A DNA stretch of 64,000 bases. Origin: Lama glama (lineage: Eukaryota). The stretch lies in the NCBI GenBank assembly GCA_028534125.1, contig CM052817.1:2482001-2546000 (forward strand), given 5' to 3'. The position numbers were made by a program, and so were the translations under genes. Shown one piece after another: positions 12,848 through 25,375 of the stretch. Numbering within the stretch: the stretch's first letter is position 1; every line of letters begins with the position of its first letter. Under the pieces are notes generated by a model. That model saw only the letters and a program-made list of their open reading frames with translations. It was not told the origin of the DNA and did not search any database.

Positions 12848-15800
12848 AGATTTCAGGAAACGTCTGTTTGGTGAAGTGGCAGGTTGGCTGGTGTGGTGCG
12901 GACCCCGGGCAGTAGCAGGGGCTGGAAGCCTGCTTGGGGGGGCGTCCGAGAGAGGGAGGAGGTAGAGGGGGCAGAGACGACCCCTCCAGGCTGTTCCTGC
13001 AGGGCGGAGACACGGGGAACTGCAGGTGGCGTGGGCTCAGGAAGTGCTGCTTGCTGCCTGGTCAGCGTTTCATGGCAGCTAGTATGATGGGAAACAGCCC
13101 AGCAGAGAGGGAACAACTTGGGCCAGAGGGAGAGCAGGCCAAGCTGTCCCCAGTGCGCAGGCACAGGGAGGGGACGGATGCAGCCACCAGGTGCCCCCAG
13201 GCTCACAGAGCCTCGCCCTGAATCCCTGCTCCGCCCCATCAGAGGCAGGCTGCTCCTGTTCTCTGTGCCTCAGTTTCCTCAACTGTCAGGTGCCAAGAAG
13301 AGGGTCGTAAGGAGTGAGCAGGGCCCGTGGCTCCACCCCTGGTAACAGAGCTCCCACTCGAGGATGGTGGCGAGCCCCCAGGGCCCAGCAAGCTCGGGAC
13401 CGGGGCGGGGGGACGAACCCGAGGCCCCCCACCCCAGCTTGGGAGCATTCTTGAGCAGGAACATCCCTCTTCGTCCCTCGAGCTGGGAAAAGGAGCAGTG
13501 TGTGAGCCGGTCTCCAAGGCTGGTGAGCCACACCCACCTCAAAGAGACGGTGCAGGGCCAGGGCGCAGCAGGGGCGCCAGTCCCAGGCTGCTGGTCCTGC
13601 CGCAGGGCTCTTGCACTCTCTGCGTTTGTGGGGAGGGCTCCTCCTTTAGATGTGGAATCCCCACCTGCCCTGTGAGTCCTCTTCACACCTGAGATTTCTC
13701 ATGAGCCTGCATCACCAGCACAGGGCGGGGGCATAGCAGGGGTGCATCACAGCCTGCCCGTCTGTGGCCCCTGGGCTGGCTTTCATTTCATCTGCGTCTC
13801 CTGAACCGAGGCAGCGGTAACCTGACCCATCTGCTTCCCGATCACATTTGGTAAATGACGAATATTGACCTCCGCCTGGAGCTGGAGCAGGGGGAGGGGC
13901 TTAATGGGGCAATTACAGGATTTCCATCACCCTCGGTGAGACCTGGGGGCCTTAGGGGGTTGTTGACTCCCTCGCCTGGCTCCAAAGTCCTTGTGGATGT
14001 CAGCTCACAAATGGGGAGAGTCACACGCCGCCCCGATGCCCGGCACACTCTCCACCCGTGCTCCTGGTTCAGGGAGGCAGGGACATAGCCAATGCGGGTG
14101 AGGCGGGGCCCCACCAGTGCGTCCAGGCGGCCTGTGCTAACTGCCCACCTGACTGGGCTGTTGCACGGAGACCCCTGCTCAGTGCCAGGCCGTGTGCTGG
14201 GCACTGGGGGCTGGGCATGAGACGGGACCCCAGGGGACCCGGTCTGGAGGCACTGCCACTTCCTGTGGGTCTGCCACTGACCCTGTGGCTACAGGCAGGG
14301 GGCTGGAGGTTTGCGTGACTTTCCCCAGAGCCCCAGGGTCTCCGCCAAGCACAGTCCTTCTGCCTGCCTGTGAGGGCCACTGATCTGAGGGTCTCATTCT
14401 CCAGGGCTGAGGCCCCAAACAGAGCAGGCGACCAGGGGCTTCCAGGGACACAGAAGATGTCCACAGCCAGGGTCATCCACGAGCGAATTCACAGCACCTC
14501 AGGTGAGTGCTCACCTCCACCCACCCTCCCCAGGTGGGAGGAGCAGCCCTCACGTGGACAGGGAGAGGGGTGTGGTGGGATGTGGGCCGGGGCCAGCAAG
14601 ACCCCTTTCCTAGCTGGGGGCTGGGGGTACGTAGGTGGGGCAAACACCGCCTCTTCCAGTGCCAGTCGGAACCAGTGGTAACAGCGAACACCTGGGCCAG
14701 TGGCACCCCTGAGCTTCAGTCACCTAGTCCTCAGGAAATCTCCCCCAGCCAGGGGCTGCCATCAGCACGGAGAGGTGAGCTGCCCTGCCCGAGGTCACAC
14801 AGCTGTGGGGCAGTGGTGCTGGACCTTACCTGGCCCAGCACACAGTAGGTGCTTAATACGTGACCCCAGGCTGGAGCAGCAGGGAGGGCTCCAGGGAATA
14901 AACACTCTGTCCTCTCTTGGTGCCCCGCTCAGCTGCCTCCACAGCCCAGAGCCAGCTGGGGAAGGGAGGTGAGGGGCTCACAGGGGCCCTGGGAGCCATC
15001 ACATTGGTGCCCACGCAGAAGGCTGTTGGGGACGGAATGAGATCCCCTAAGGGAGGTTCGGGGTCATTGGCCCTGGTCTGGGGGGGACTGTTCCGGGTGG
15101 TGGGCGCTGTGATGGAGGGGCCAGGAGCCAGGGACGTGGTGGGGAGGGCCAGCCTCCTGGAGGGGTGGCCTGGAGCTGAAATGGGGCGGGCAGAACCCAG
15201 AGGTATGTGAACAGGTGGAACGCCCCAGGGGCCTGGGAATCAGAGGAAGGCACAGGGACCCGCTCTGCTGGTCGGGAGGGACCCTGAGCTCCGTCCTCAC
15301 GGCCCATGGTGCTGAGACAGGTCCAGAGTCCTTGTCCCCCATAGCCTCTTCCCCGCCCCCAGCCTCCTTGCCCTCCACTGCCACCAAGAGAGTCCAGAAC
15401 TGAGCTGGCAGGGCTCTCGGATGGGAAACTGAGGCTCAAGGGGTGGAGAGACGTGTCCAAGGTCACAAGCAGCCGTGCTGGGCCTTGCGCCGTGAGGGTC
15501 ACCTCCCTGGATGGGCCCCTGAGGCCTCACAGCCACTCTTGTTGTGGGGGCTACTGTTCCCAGTTTACAGGTGAGCAAAGTGAAGAAGCGAAAGCCATGG
15601 GCCACACCGGGGTCCACAGCTGGGACGTGCGGGGTTGAACCAGCCCTTAGTTCCGCGTCGCGCCTCTCTGGCTGACTCCGGAACCCACTCTGGGCATTTC
15701 GATGCCTCCAGTACTGCCCTCAACCCGGGACACCCTGGCGGGCTGGGGCAGGGAGCGAGGGGTCCTGGGAGGTTGCAGGTAGAATCCTTGAGGCTTTGAG

Positions 15801-16899
15801 CCTCAGGAGGGCAGGGCCATGATGTCTGGGCTGCCTCCCTCTGTCCAGCGAGGGCCTGGCACCAGACAGCGGCAGTCACTTGTGGTACAGGTGGGGACAC
15901 TGCCACCCAGGGGACTCTGTGTGGCCACAGCCTCAGCCAGGCGGCCACAGCTGATGGAGGCTCCCATCACCTTCTTCTGCACACCAAGGGTTTGGGGGGG
16001 GCTTTTGAAGTCCCTTAAGAAGTGGAAGGAGGAGGGAGTGGGGGCTCCCCAAAGACCCAACAGACATGCTGCTGCTCTGGGGCTGCAGAGGATGGAGGAA
16101 GAGAGGGTCCTCCAGAGGCCACACCAGAGAGATGGTCACAGAGTGCTTTGCTTCCCCTGAGGATACTGGGGAGGGACTGGGGAAGGGCAGGCAGTGGGCA
16201 CCTGATGGAGGGGCACACAGCGTCCAGTCCCCTCCCTCTGATTGCTTGGCAGCCTTGCTTTCAGTCTGGTGTTTGATTTTGCAGCCCTGAGACCAGAGCT
16301 GGTCACGAGAGAGACGGCGGTTCTGGGTTTTGTGGGCTCACTGCTCCTGGCCTCTCGCTCATCCATCTCAGCTTCAAGACCAGCCCCTAACAGGGGTTCT
16401 GACAATTGCCGAAAGGAGGCAGGGAGGGAGGAGGGAAGGGAAGAGAGAAGGAAGGGTGGTGTGAACGAATGAATGGAGTAGGTGACCTGAGGTCTAGCTG
16501 GGAGTGGTGTGTGCCCCGGGTTTGCTGATAGGATGAATGTTGCTCACGTGCACAGTCGCCGTGGGACTAATAAAAACCTTGGGCACCCCACGCCGCCTGA
16601 GGTCAGCTGTGCGGAAGATGCCCTGGTGCCCCCAGACAAAGGTGAGCAGGGTGTCCACCAAGAAGGAGCCCCCAGCCCGGTGCTCTCTGCTCTCAGGACC
16701 CCCCAGTCACCCTGGGGGTTGTGAGAGGAGTTAAGTGACTTGCTCCCAGTCCCTGGGGCTGCCACTGAGGCCAGCAGGGAGGGGCCTGGCTCGCGGCTGA
16801 CTCCAGACCCTTGCTGATGGCTCTGTCTCTCAGGGACGGTAATGAAATAATGTTGGTGTGACATGGCTCTTGTCGCCTGAGAGTGTCTAAGTGCTTTAT

Positions 16900-17420
16900 A
16901 AACAATTAATCGCTCTCACCCACTCTGGCGGCTGAGCGCAATATCCCGGAGCCCGCGACGGCGGGAGGGAGGCTGGCCCCGGGGACGTCGCTTCGGCGGC
17001 CCAAGGCCCTGACATGGCGCTGGGCCGACCCCAGGGGCCTGGGCTCTCCGGACACGCAGACTTAGGGTCACGGGATTCGGGATAATGGACACAGGGGAGG
17101 CAGACCCAGGCAGCAGGAGAAGCTTGGGCCTGAGAGGTCGCAGCTCCTCGTAAAGACCCAGCTCCCCTCGTCCTTCCAGGCCCCCGGACCCGTCTCTTCT
17201 CCCCGAGCCTGCTTCCCCATCTCCTCGCGGCCAGCTGCCGCCCTCACACCGCGGGAGGAGCCAAGAAAGCAAACGAAGTGCAGCGCCTAGAGCGGGCGAC
17301 GCGTGACGCGCACAGCAGGCGCCGAGGTCCCAGATTCGTGGGCTCACAGGCTTCGGAGGGGAGGGTGGGTGTCGGAGGCCGCCCAGCCCGCACTCTGGCC
17401 GGCTGGGCGGTGACCGCAGG
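16900..17420. promoter_or_regulatory. CpG-rich island-like segment (orphan)
   Basis: High local CpG density (cccgcgacggcgg, gggacgtcgcttcggcggcc, gcgacgcgtgacgcg), preceded by the AT-rich motif ttataaacaattaatcg. No associated exon recognised. Confidence 0.55.
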
Positions 17421-19354
17421 GGGACCCCTTGCATGCCTCCCCTGACCGGATGCTCACTGCCATCAGAGCTGTCATTGCAGCGACCCCTCCCGACTCCCTG
17501 AGCCCCCACAGCCGTGGACTAAACATGGTTACAGACATGCATAGGCTCGTGTTCAGGGCCTGCTACGTGCTGGGCAGGCATGAGGGAGGAACTTCTCCCG
17601 GAGGCCCCTGCAGGTTCCCAGCCAGCTCCCTGTCCTCACGTCAGCCACTGTTACTAGTTTGTGTTCCTGTCACTACCCTGCCCAGGGACCTACTGTTACT
17701 GCTATATTTAAAGTATGCACGGTTGTCACCTCACTTTACGGGGGGCGGGGGGCGGAGGAAGAGGGGTGCTAGTAACTAGTTCACAGCCAGGAAGATGCAG
17801 AGAAGCCAGAAGTCAGACCAGAAAACCCCGAGTGGCCCCCCTGACTACCTTCCTCAACCATTCCCGAGGTGGCGCATTCCGGACTGAGCGGCAGGAAGGC
17901 TTCGTAGGCCAGTCCTTGCTTCTCTCCGAAGGGGGAGCAGCCCGCACAGCACTGCCTCCCTGCCTGGGTCAATGCTCCTCTGGGCCAGGCCCCCGCCCCT
18001 CTGCAGCCTGGAGCTAGTAGCATGGGGCTTCCTTGTGGGCGACCTGCCCGCCTCCCCGCTCAGACTGTGACTCTGCGGGACAAGGGCTTCCTAGCCTCTT
18101 GGTCTCTAGCGTCTGGCACAGGCTCAGCCCGAATGGGATGCTCAGTCCATCTCCGCTGAAGGGAGAAGAGCACTCATGTTTCACAAACATCACTTCGTTA
18201 TTATCATCCCCATTTGACAGATGAGGCAACCGAGGTGAAGGGAAGGGGCTGGGAGGGGGGTCCCCTCTGGTTTGTAGCTCTCCTCTCACACCCTCATCTT
18301 GCAGACAACTTTGCATGTCTTCCTCAGGTCTCCATCTGAGCATGAAGGGCTGGCTGCCCTCCCCAGGCGCTCTGCTGCCCTCCCGGCTCTGTGGCACTGA
18401 TTTGCCCATCATGCCCCTGGTCCTCCTCACATCTTGACTCACCTGATCTTGAAGCAACCCTGAAGTTTACTGTTCTCACTTTGCAATCGAGGAGACTGAG
18501 GCACAGAGAGGTTAAGTACCATGCCCAGATTCACACAGCTATTGTGGCCGATCTGGGCCTTTGGCTGAGCACTCTGGCCACAGAGCCTGGGCACTTGGCC
18601 TCAGCACTCCATCCCCCTCCTCCCAGACCCCCTTCTGCTTGGAGCACACTGAGAGCCAGAGGACCTGCCCCAATTGATGAACTTGGCTCTTCTCTCCAGA
18701 TGAAAATGTCTGGTCAAATCCTGAAGGTAAAGGCCAGGGGAGAAAGTCACAAAGCAGGATGGAGAAACTGGAAAAATGGTTCTCTTGGCAACGGGAAGCC
18801 TATTTCTGGCATCCTGATAACCCGCCAAAAGGTCCAGGGGGAGCGAAGTTGGAAAGTTTCACTCTCAAATGAAATCGTCTGATGATTCAGATGACTCTGA
18901 TTGATTCTGGTCGATGAGATCCTTAATCTGCTCTGGTATCACCCTGTTCTGGGCGGTGCCGCCCACACCTTGCCTCAAGCGACCTCGTGTCTGCTGGGCT
19001 TCCCAGGCTCACTGTCAGCGCCCCTGCCTTTGGCCTGGCCTGGTGCGGCCCGGGCCGTGGGCCAGGCTGCAGGAAGTGGGGTTGGGAGGGGTAGGAGTAA
19101 CAGCGATGGCTTGGTTTCACGTGTCGGGGCTGGGGGTGGGGGGGTGGTTCACCCTGACAAGCCACAGGCCCCAGGAGCACCCACCTCCTCACCCAGGGAG
19201 CACCTGCCTGCTCTCCCTCCACCCCCCACCCCTGCGCAGTTCTGAGTCCTGCTCTGGAATCTACCTGAAGCTTCACCATTGTGATTTCTTTGTTTTAGGG
19301 CCCGAGGGGCTGTCAGATCTCCTATTCTTAATAATAATTAAAACGGCATATTCT

Positions 19355-19992
19355 TTTTTCAAAATTGAAGTTTAGTTGGTGTTAATGTCTGGTGTACAGC
19401 ATAGCGGTCCACTTATACACACACACACACATTCCTTTCCATTACAAAGTATTGAGTAGCTCTCTGTAGGACTCTGCTGTTTACTTTATGCATAGCAGTT
19501 AATATCTGCAGATCTCAAGCTCCCAGTTTATCCCTCCACCTCCTTCATGCCCCCTGGTAACCATAGGTTTGTTTTCTATGTCTGTGAGTCTATTTCTGTT
19601 TTGTAAATAAGTCCATGTGTGTCTTTTTTCTTTAGATTCCACATATGAGTGATATCATATGATATTTTTCTTTCTCTTTCTGGCTCACTTCACTTAGTAT
19701 GATGATCACTAATTCCATCCATGTTGTGGCAAATGGCATTACTTTATTCTTTTTTATGGCCGAGTAGTATTCCATTGTATAAATGTACCACAGCTTCTTT
19801 ATCCAGTCCTCTGTCAATGGATATTTAGGTGCTTCCATGTCTTGGTTACTGAACCAGAGTTCCCTCTGGGTACATGCCCAGGAGTGGGACTTCTGGATCA
19901 TACAGTGAGTCTATTTTTAGTTTTTAAGGGCTCTCCATACTGTTCTCCATAGTGGTTGCCCTAACTACATTCCCATTAACAGTGCAGGAGGG
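19355..19992 (-). mobile_element. 5'-truncated lineage-specific LINE-1 (ORF2 C-terminus + 3'UTR)
   Basis: ORF 19632-19901(-) encodes the L1 ORF2 C-terminal motif [21 protein letters not shown]...LSEVSQKEK..YHMISLICGI. TSD aaaacggcatattct (19340-19354) / aaaacagcatattct (19993-20007). Confidence 0.95.
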
Positions 19993-20734
19993 AAAACAGC
20001 ATATTCTCAATGTGAGATCCCAGCAGATGCCATGCATGGAACACGCACAATGTGACAACGTGTCCCTCATCTCTGCTGTGAGAGCCACCGCCATCCAGAA
20101 GGCGCAGGGAGGGTGGTCTCCCGTTTCGTGGCTTTCTTGATCTACACCCTCCTTGATCTTCTCCTCTACTCAGACCCCTCCAAGAGCCCTACTGGTGTCC
20201 AGCCGAGGGGCCTTCCTTTACTTGGACACGACAATGAAATGGGGCAAGGGTCCCAGCCTGCCCAGCAGAGGAAACCAATGGCACCCCACAGACAGAGGAG
20301 TGAGGGTGAGGGTGGCAGAGGGTGGAGATTTTGGAGTGCATGGAGGCTGGGAGCCCGGACTGGGCAGAGGGGTGCATGGGGTCTCCAGTGCCATTGGACA
20401 ACCTTGGCCTTGGAGCCATGACAAGAGGCCCAGGATATGAGTGGGACCATGGTTAGCTGTCCAGCTGGAGTTGGGAGCCAAGGGTGTGGCCTGGGGTCCC
20501 CTGGACAGGGCTCAGTTTAGCAACCCGGGGACAGATGTCAAAAGGAGGTAGCGTGACTCCTGGGTGCTGAGTCCTGGTCTGGATCTGGGCGCCCCGGTGT
20601 GAGCCCAGGCCCTGACATGGGATATGTGCCCCCACCTGGCCCTCTCCATCAGGCAAGTGAGGCTCTAAGCCTGGGACAGAAAGGAGCAGAAGCTGGAGGA
20701 GAGAAGCAGCCAGAGTCCCAGGGCGCCATAAAGA

Positions 20735-20958
20735 TCACTGTGGGAGGGTCACTGTGGGAGGGTCACAGTGGGAAGGTCACTGTGGGAAGGTCACTGTGGG
20801 AGGGTCACAGTGGGAGGGTCACTGTGGGAGGGTCACTGTGGGAGGGTCACAGTGGGAGGGTCACTGTGGGAGGGTCACTGTGGGAGGGTCACAGTGGGAG
20901 GGTCACTGTGGGAGGGTCACAGTGGGAAGGTCACTGTGGGAAGGTCACTGTGGGAGGG
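20735..20958. repeat. Minisatellite, 14-bp unit TCAC(T/A)GTGGGA(G/A)GG, 16 copies
   Basis: Units counted directly from 20735 to 20958. Confidence 0.97.
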
Positions 20959-23900
20959 TGAGGGATGGGTCGGTGGGCTCAGTCATCCAGCCACTTGTCT
21001 AGTCACCACCTGCCCGTGCCTCCCGTGTTCCAGACACTCTCCTCGGTGGCCTGGGATGTGGTGCTGCCTGAGGGAGCTGGCCTTCTGGGAGGGGACAGAC
21101 AGCGAACCTGTAACAGATGAGTGGCCTGGTGCCTGATATGGGAAAATAAAGCACGGAGGGGGCTGTGTGGGGGAGAGGGGTTGATGTGGGGGAGGGGGAG
21201 GGGTGGTGTGGGGGAGGGGAAGGGATGGTGTGTGGTGGGGGAGGGGTGGTGTTGGGGAGGGCTGGGCAGAGGGAGGGAAGGGAGGGGAGCTGAGCTGAGA
21301 GCCCCTGGGCCAGGTAAGGGCTTCGGGGTTTCCTCCCCGCAGAAAGGAAGAGGTGGAGGCTGTGAGTCAGAGGACAGCATGACCAGCTCCATTTTAAAAG
21401 ACAATGTTGGGTGCAGCAGGGGTTTTAAATAGGGGAGAATAAGAGAATTTGACTAAATTTGGAAGCATCAGTAGCCATGGCTACAGTTTGCTTTATTAAT
21501 TTTCCAGGAGCCCTTAGAGTGCCTGGGGAGGTCTCCACCTTCTGTCTGTAAGAACACCCTGAATGTTATTTGAAATTCTTGGAAAACAAAAAAGACAAAA
21601 CCAGAAATATTAATTGTACAAATGCAGTTTAAAAGGTTAAATTAACTAAGTTTGTGATGTGGGCTAGTTATTTTTGGGGGATCAATGTGTTCATTTTGAG
21701 TGACTCAGATACTGATTAAAGGACACACGAAAGAAAGTTTTTTCAACAATTACCAGCTTTATAAGTAATACAATGAGATTTGTACATTGAGCTTAAAGGC
21801 TTAGGAAATTAGCTTTTGAATACGTAACTTAATGTTAACTTTAGTAAGTTTTGTACTAAACAAAGCCCCATTAAATGATAAATGTCCCTCCTGCTGGTAA
21901 GGTCCTCCGCCACAGGCTGTAACGGACCCTACGATGATATGGGTGCTGAGAGGGGCGGAGCTTCGAGCTGGAGTTGGCGGCCGGATCGCTCGGCAGAAGG
22001 GCTGTCTGAGCTGAGATGGGGAGGCTGGGCCGGGGAGAACGCGGAGGGAAGAGCTTTGGCAGCAGGTGGAACGGCACGTGGCAGGAGCCCGGGGCGGCTG
22101 CAGCAGGGACAGAGAAGCCGCCGGACAGGTCTGGGGCGGGCAGGTGACGCCACGCAGGGCCTGTGGGCAGGAGGGAGGAGGCGGGGCTGTGGACCGCGTC
22201 TGGCCTTGAGCCAGGTGGACCTGCTGTACGTCGCACTCTGCCCGCCTGGGCGGTATGTCCACAGCAAGCCCCGCACCCGGTGGGCCCTCGGCAGCTGTGC
22301 TGTGATGGTGCCTTAATGCCCCCTCTTCTGCGGGCTGGGACCCTGATGCGGGCAGGGACCAAAGCTGCGTCCAGCACTGCTGCGTCCACCCCCAGCGCCA
22401 GCCCGTGTCAGTGTTGAATGAATGAGCGAGTGAATGAACCAGGCGGAGGAAGGCTGGCCCCGCGTGGCTGCCAAGGGTGAGCTGACACATGCAGGGCCAG
22501 CACTGTGCCCAGCCCGGCCCGGCACCGGGCACAGCCAGCCCCCCAGACATCTCTTCTCTTGTCCAGTGACCCCTCCTGTGAGCAGTCCTGGGGCCATGTG
22601 GAAACTGCACAGCAGGTCCCGGTGTGTCTCCAGGCACACCCCCTGCCCGGCCCCAGGGGGCCCTGCTTTCCCGCCCTTTGGGTTGCTCCCTCCTCTCTAA
22701 CGAGTGACCCAAGTGACCAAATGGCAGCTTTGGCGAACAGCAGGGAATCACAGCAGCAGGAACCCCGCCCAGCTGAGACCCACCTCCCTGTGCAACGGGG
22801 CCCTTCTGGGTGTTCGGCTGAGACAGGAGGACTTCGGCGGCCGGCACCTGCGGCTGGATGCCGCCTCCTCTGAGGTCTGAGCGCCTCTCAGCAGGTCCGA
22901 GGGGCAGGCAGCCCCTGCAGCTCTGAGCCTGTGGCCTTGGATTTAGAAATGTGCAAATCCCCAGCGGGGTGATCGATCGATCTGGTTTCCGTGACAGCGC
23001 ATCACCCTCCCGCGGCCTTGTGCGAGTGTGCGGGGAGGGCGCATTTCCCTCGGCCCAGCTGCGCACCCCAAGTGCCCGGAACCCCCCCTCCAGCCCCGGG
23101 AAGGAGCTCATCCGGGGAGGGGCCGTGTCCCTGGGGGTGGGTCACCTCTCCAAAGTGCTCAGAAGTGTTCAATTGCTCCTCGGGGACACTGGCTTCCTTG
23201 CTAAGTGTCGCCTGGCCCCGAAGGACCCCTGCCGTGCCAGCAACAAGTTTGCAGAAATGTCCCAGCTGAACGCTGAGGTCTTGGCTCAGACATCCTGGAA
23301 TCTCAGCGTGGAGGGGCTGGGGGGCCGCCAGGGCGGCAGCTGCAGCCTCACAGAGCCCGTCTTCTCTGGGGAAAGCCCACCGGCTTCCCCATCGTTTGGT
23401 CAGGCCCCGGCCTCCTCTTCGCCCACCACGCCGCAGCCACACTGGTCGCCTGGCTGCTCTGTCTCCCACCCGGGGATTTGGCCCCTTTCCCTCGGCTGCC
23501 TAGAGCATTCCACCCAGAGCCTGAATGGTCTGGCCCCCTCTCCTTACTCACGCCTCAGGCCGTATCACACCACACAAGAAAATGGTCCTATTTGAATGAC
23601 ACCCCCAGTAAGACAGGATCGGTGTGGGGCTTTGAGAAAAAAAAATGCATTGTGTTTTCTTTGCTTTTTATCATCACGATGAAGAAATAGACAGTTTTAC
23701 AATCTGTATAAACCTTCCAAGAAACTTTCCCTAAATGTTGATGAGAAACCAGAGCTTGCAACACTTAGGGAGAAAAAGTGAACATCTTTACACTGTTTTA
23801 TTCGTAAAATAAGATTGTGAGAGACTCCTGATCAGGACTTTTTAAAATAATCCTGTTTTCAAACTCTTGAGGGTTATTGCTGGTAAAAACCTTGGTTCAC

Positions 23901-24017
23901 ACAAACAGGGGATAAACATTTTAGTGTAAGTGTCAACCATCAAATGGTTACAGCCCTTGGGGCTCTATTTAAAGAGGCTGGAAGCTTTCTTTTGTTTCAT
24001 GGACAAATGTGGTCGTT

Positions 24018-24125
24018 AATCTATTTTGGGGAGGAGGTGATTTGGCTTTTTATTTGTGGGGATTGGGCCCAGAAGCTCGTGCGTGCTAAACACGTGCTCC
24101 ATTGCTGAGCTGCTCCCCCACCCAG
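24018..24125 (-). mobile_element. Degenerate camelid SINE (Vic-1-like)
   Basis: ggggattgggccccagaagctcgtgcgtgctaaacacgtgctccattgctgagctgctccc aligns by eye to the copy at 30516-30645. Confidence 0.75.
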
Positions 24126-24723
24126 GTGCGATCTTGAAAAGCCTTGTGATCGCACGATGGATTCTGGATGAAGTTTCCCACATCACCGATTTCAAAACTA
24201 ATGGCGAGGCCCTACGGCGAAGATCGTGCCGGGCCGTGGAGCGGCAGGCCGCTCGGCGCCCCAGCAGTGTGGGAGCCGGGAGCTGTGCCCAGGAGCCAAG
24301 GCCTCCCACCCTGGGCCCGATGGCCTCTCCCTGGGCTCCCACGGCGAGCCCTGGAACGGGCCTGGCTTGGGCACGTCCCGGCCTTTTAGAGGACGGATGC
24401 TCGGGCTGCTGGAGTCAGTGGTGGAGCAGGAGTCCCTGAGTGTGAGAGCTGGTGTCCACCCCCGTGGCTGCCGTCTAGGGAGCCCGTGGGGCTCAGACTC
24501 TGAGCTCTCCTTCAGGCGCCTTCCCAGGAGCACCCCGTGCCCAGGCCGCTGGAGCTGGAGGCTCTGGACCCGAGCTCTGCTTCCCCCAGAACCCCCTTCC
24601 TGGCAGAGGATACGGGAGGCCAGCGTCTCGTCCCACCTGCACTGTGACCCCCTTTACAGGTGACCTCCCTACACAGGTGACTCTACCTCACAGGTGACTC
24701 CCTGTGCAGGTGACCCCTCCTCA

Positions 24724-25375
24724 TGTTACTGAACTTAATTAAGTCTGGCTGCCGGCCGCTCAAAAATCAATACCCAAGAGGCAAGTATTGGTGGAAAGGA
24801 AAGTTGCTTTAATCAGAATGCCAGAAATCTGGGGAGAAGATGGACTCAGTGTCCCCCAAAACCAACTCCAAAGATTCCATTAGCCATGAACGTTTTTAAA
24901 GGAAGAAGGCAAGCAATCTCAGCTAATCACCGAGATGCGGGTCAGAGTCATTGTCACCCCATCCACGTGCAGGCTTGCCAGCTTTCTGCGATTTTTCTTT
25001 AGATGCTGTCTTGTTCACACAGTCTGCTCGCGACATCAGGGAAGAGATCTGGTCATCTGTTAATGACTTATCCTTCATTCCTACGCCTCTGATCTACGGA
25101 AAGGACCAACAAGTTAGGCAAGGTATTGCGCGATCCAAAGAGCTGAAAGGTGCGCTTGGGCCGGAGGTGAGCTGAGCGGAGGGGCGGGGGGTGCGGTGTA
25201 AAACCTCGTGGCAGGTGGCTTTGCGAAAGCGGTAAGAAAAGTGTTTCCTGCAGAGGGCATGTCCTCAAAGAGCTGCTTTCATGTGCAGGTGATCCCCCTT
25301 CACAGCTGCCCCTCCCTCCCAGGTAACCTATAGCTTAAGGTGCCCTGTGCCCAGCCTGGGAGGCCCGCTCTAACA
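24724..25375 (-). mobile_element. ERV1-type solo LTR (~652 bp)
   Basis: TGTTA...TAACA inverted termini. ATTAAA poly(A) signal on the minus strand (gttgctttaatcag). Flanks share tca (imperfect TSD). Confidence 0.75.

Noticed and set aside
19632..19901. Cellular CDS
   Set aside because: It is the C-terminus of L1 ORF2 in a truncated retrotransposon. The same applies to 29865-30143.
20735..20958. CRISPR array or functional antigen-receptor RSS cluster
   Set aside because: No unique spacers, eukaryotic context, no nonamer and no V/D/J segments.
20599..21136. Repetitive ORFs (SLWEGH/GRVTVG)
   Set aside because: They are translations of the 14-bp minisatellite in three frames.
21801..23111. 436-aa ORF on the minus strand
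   Set aside because: Pro/Gly/Arg/Ala-rich with no recognisable domain, and many overlapping ORFs in other frames. Expected by chance in very GC-rich DNA.
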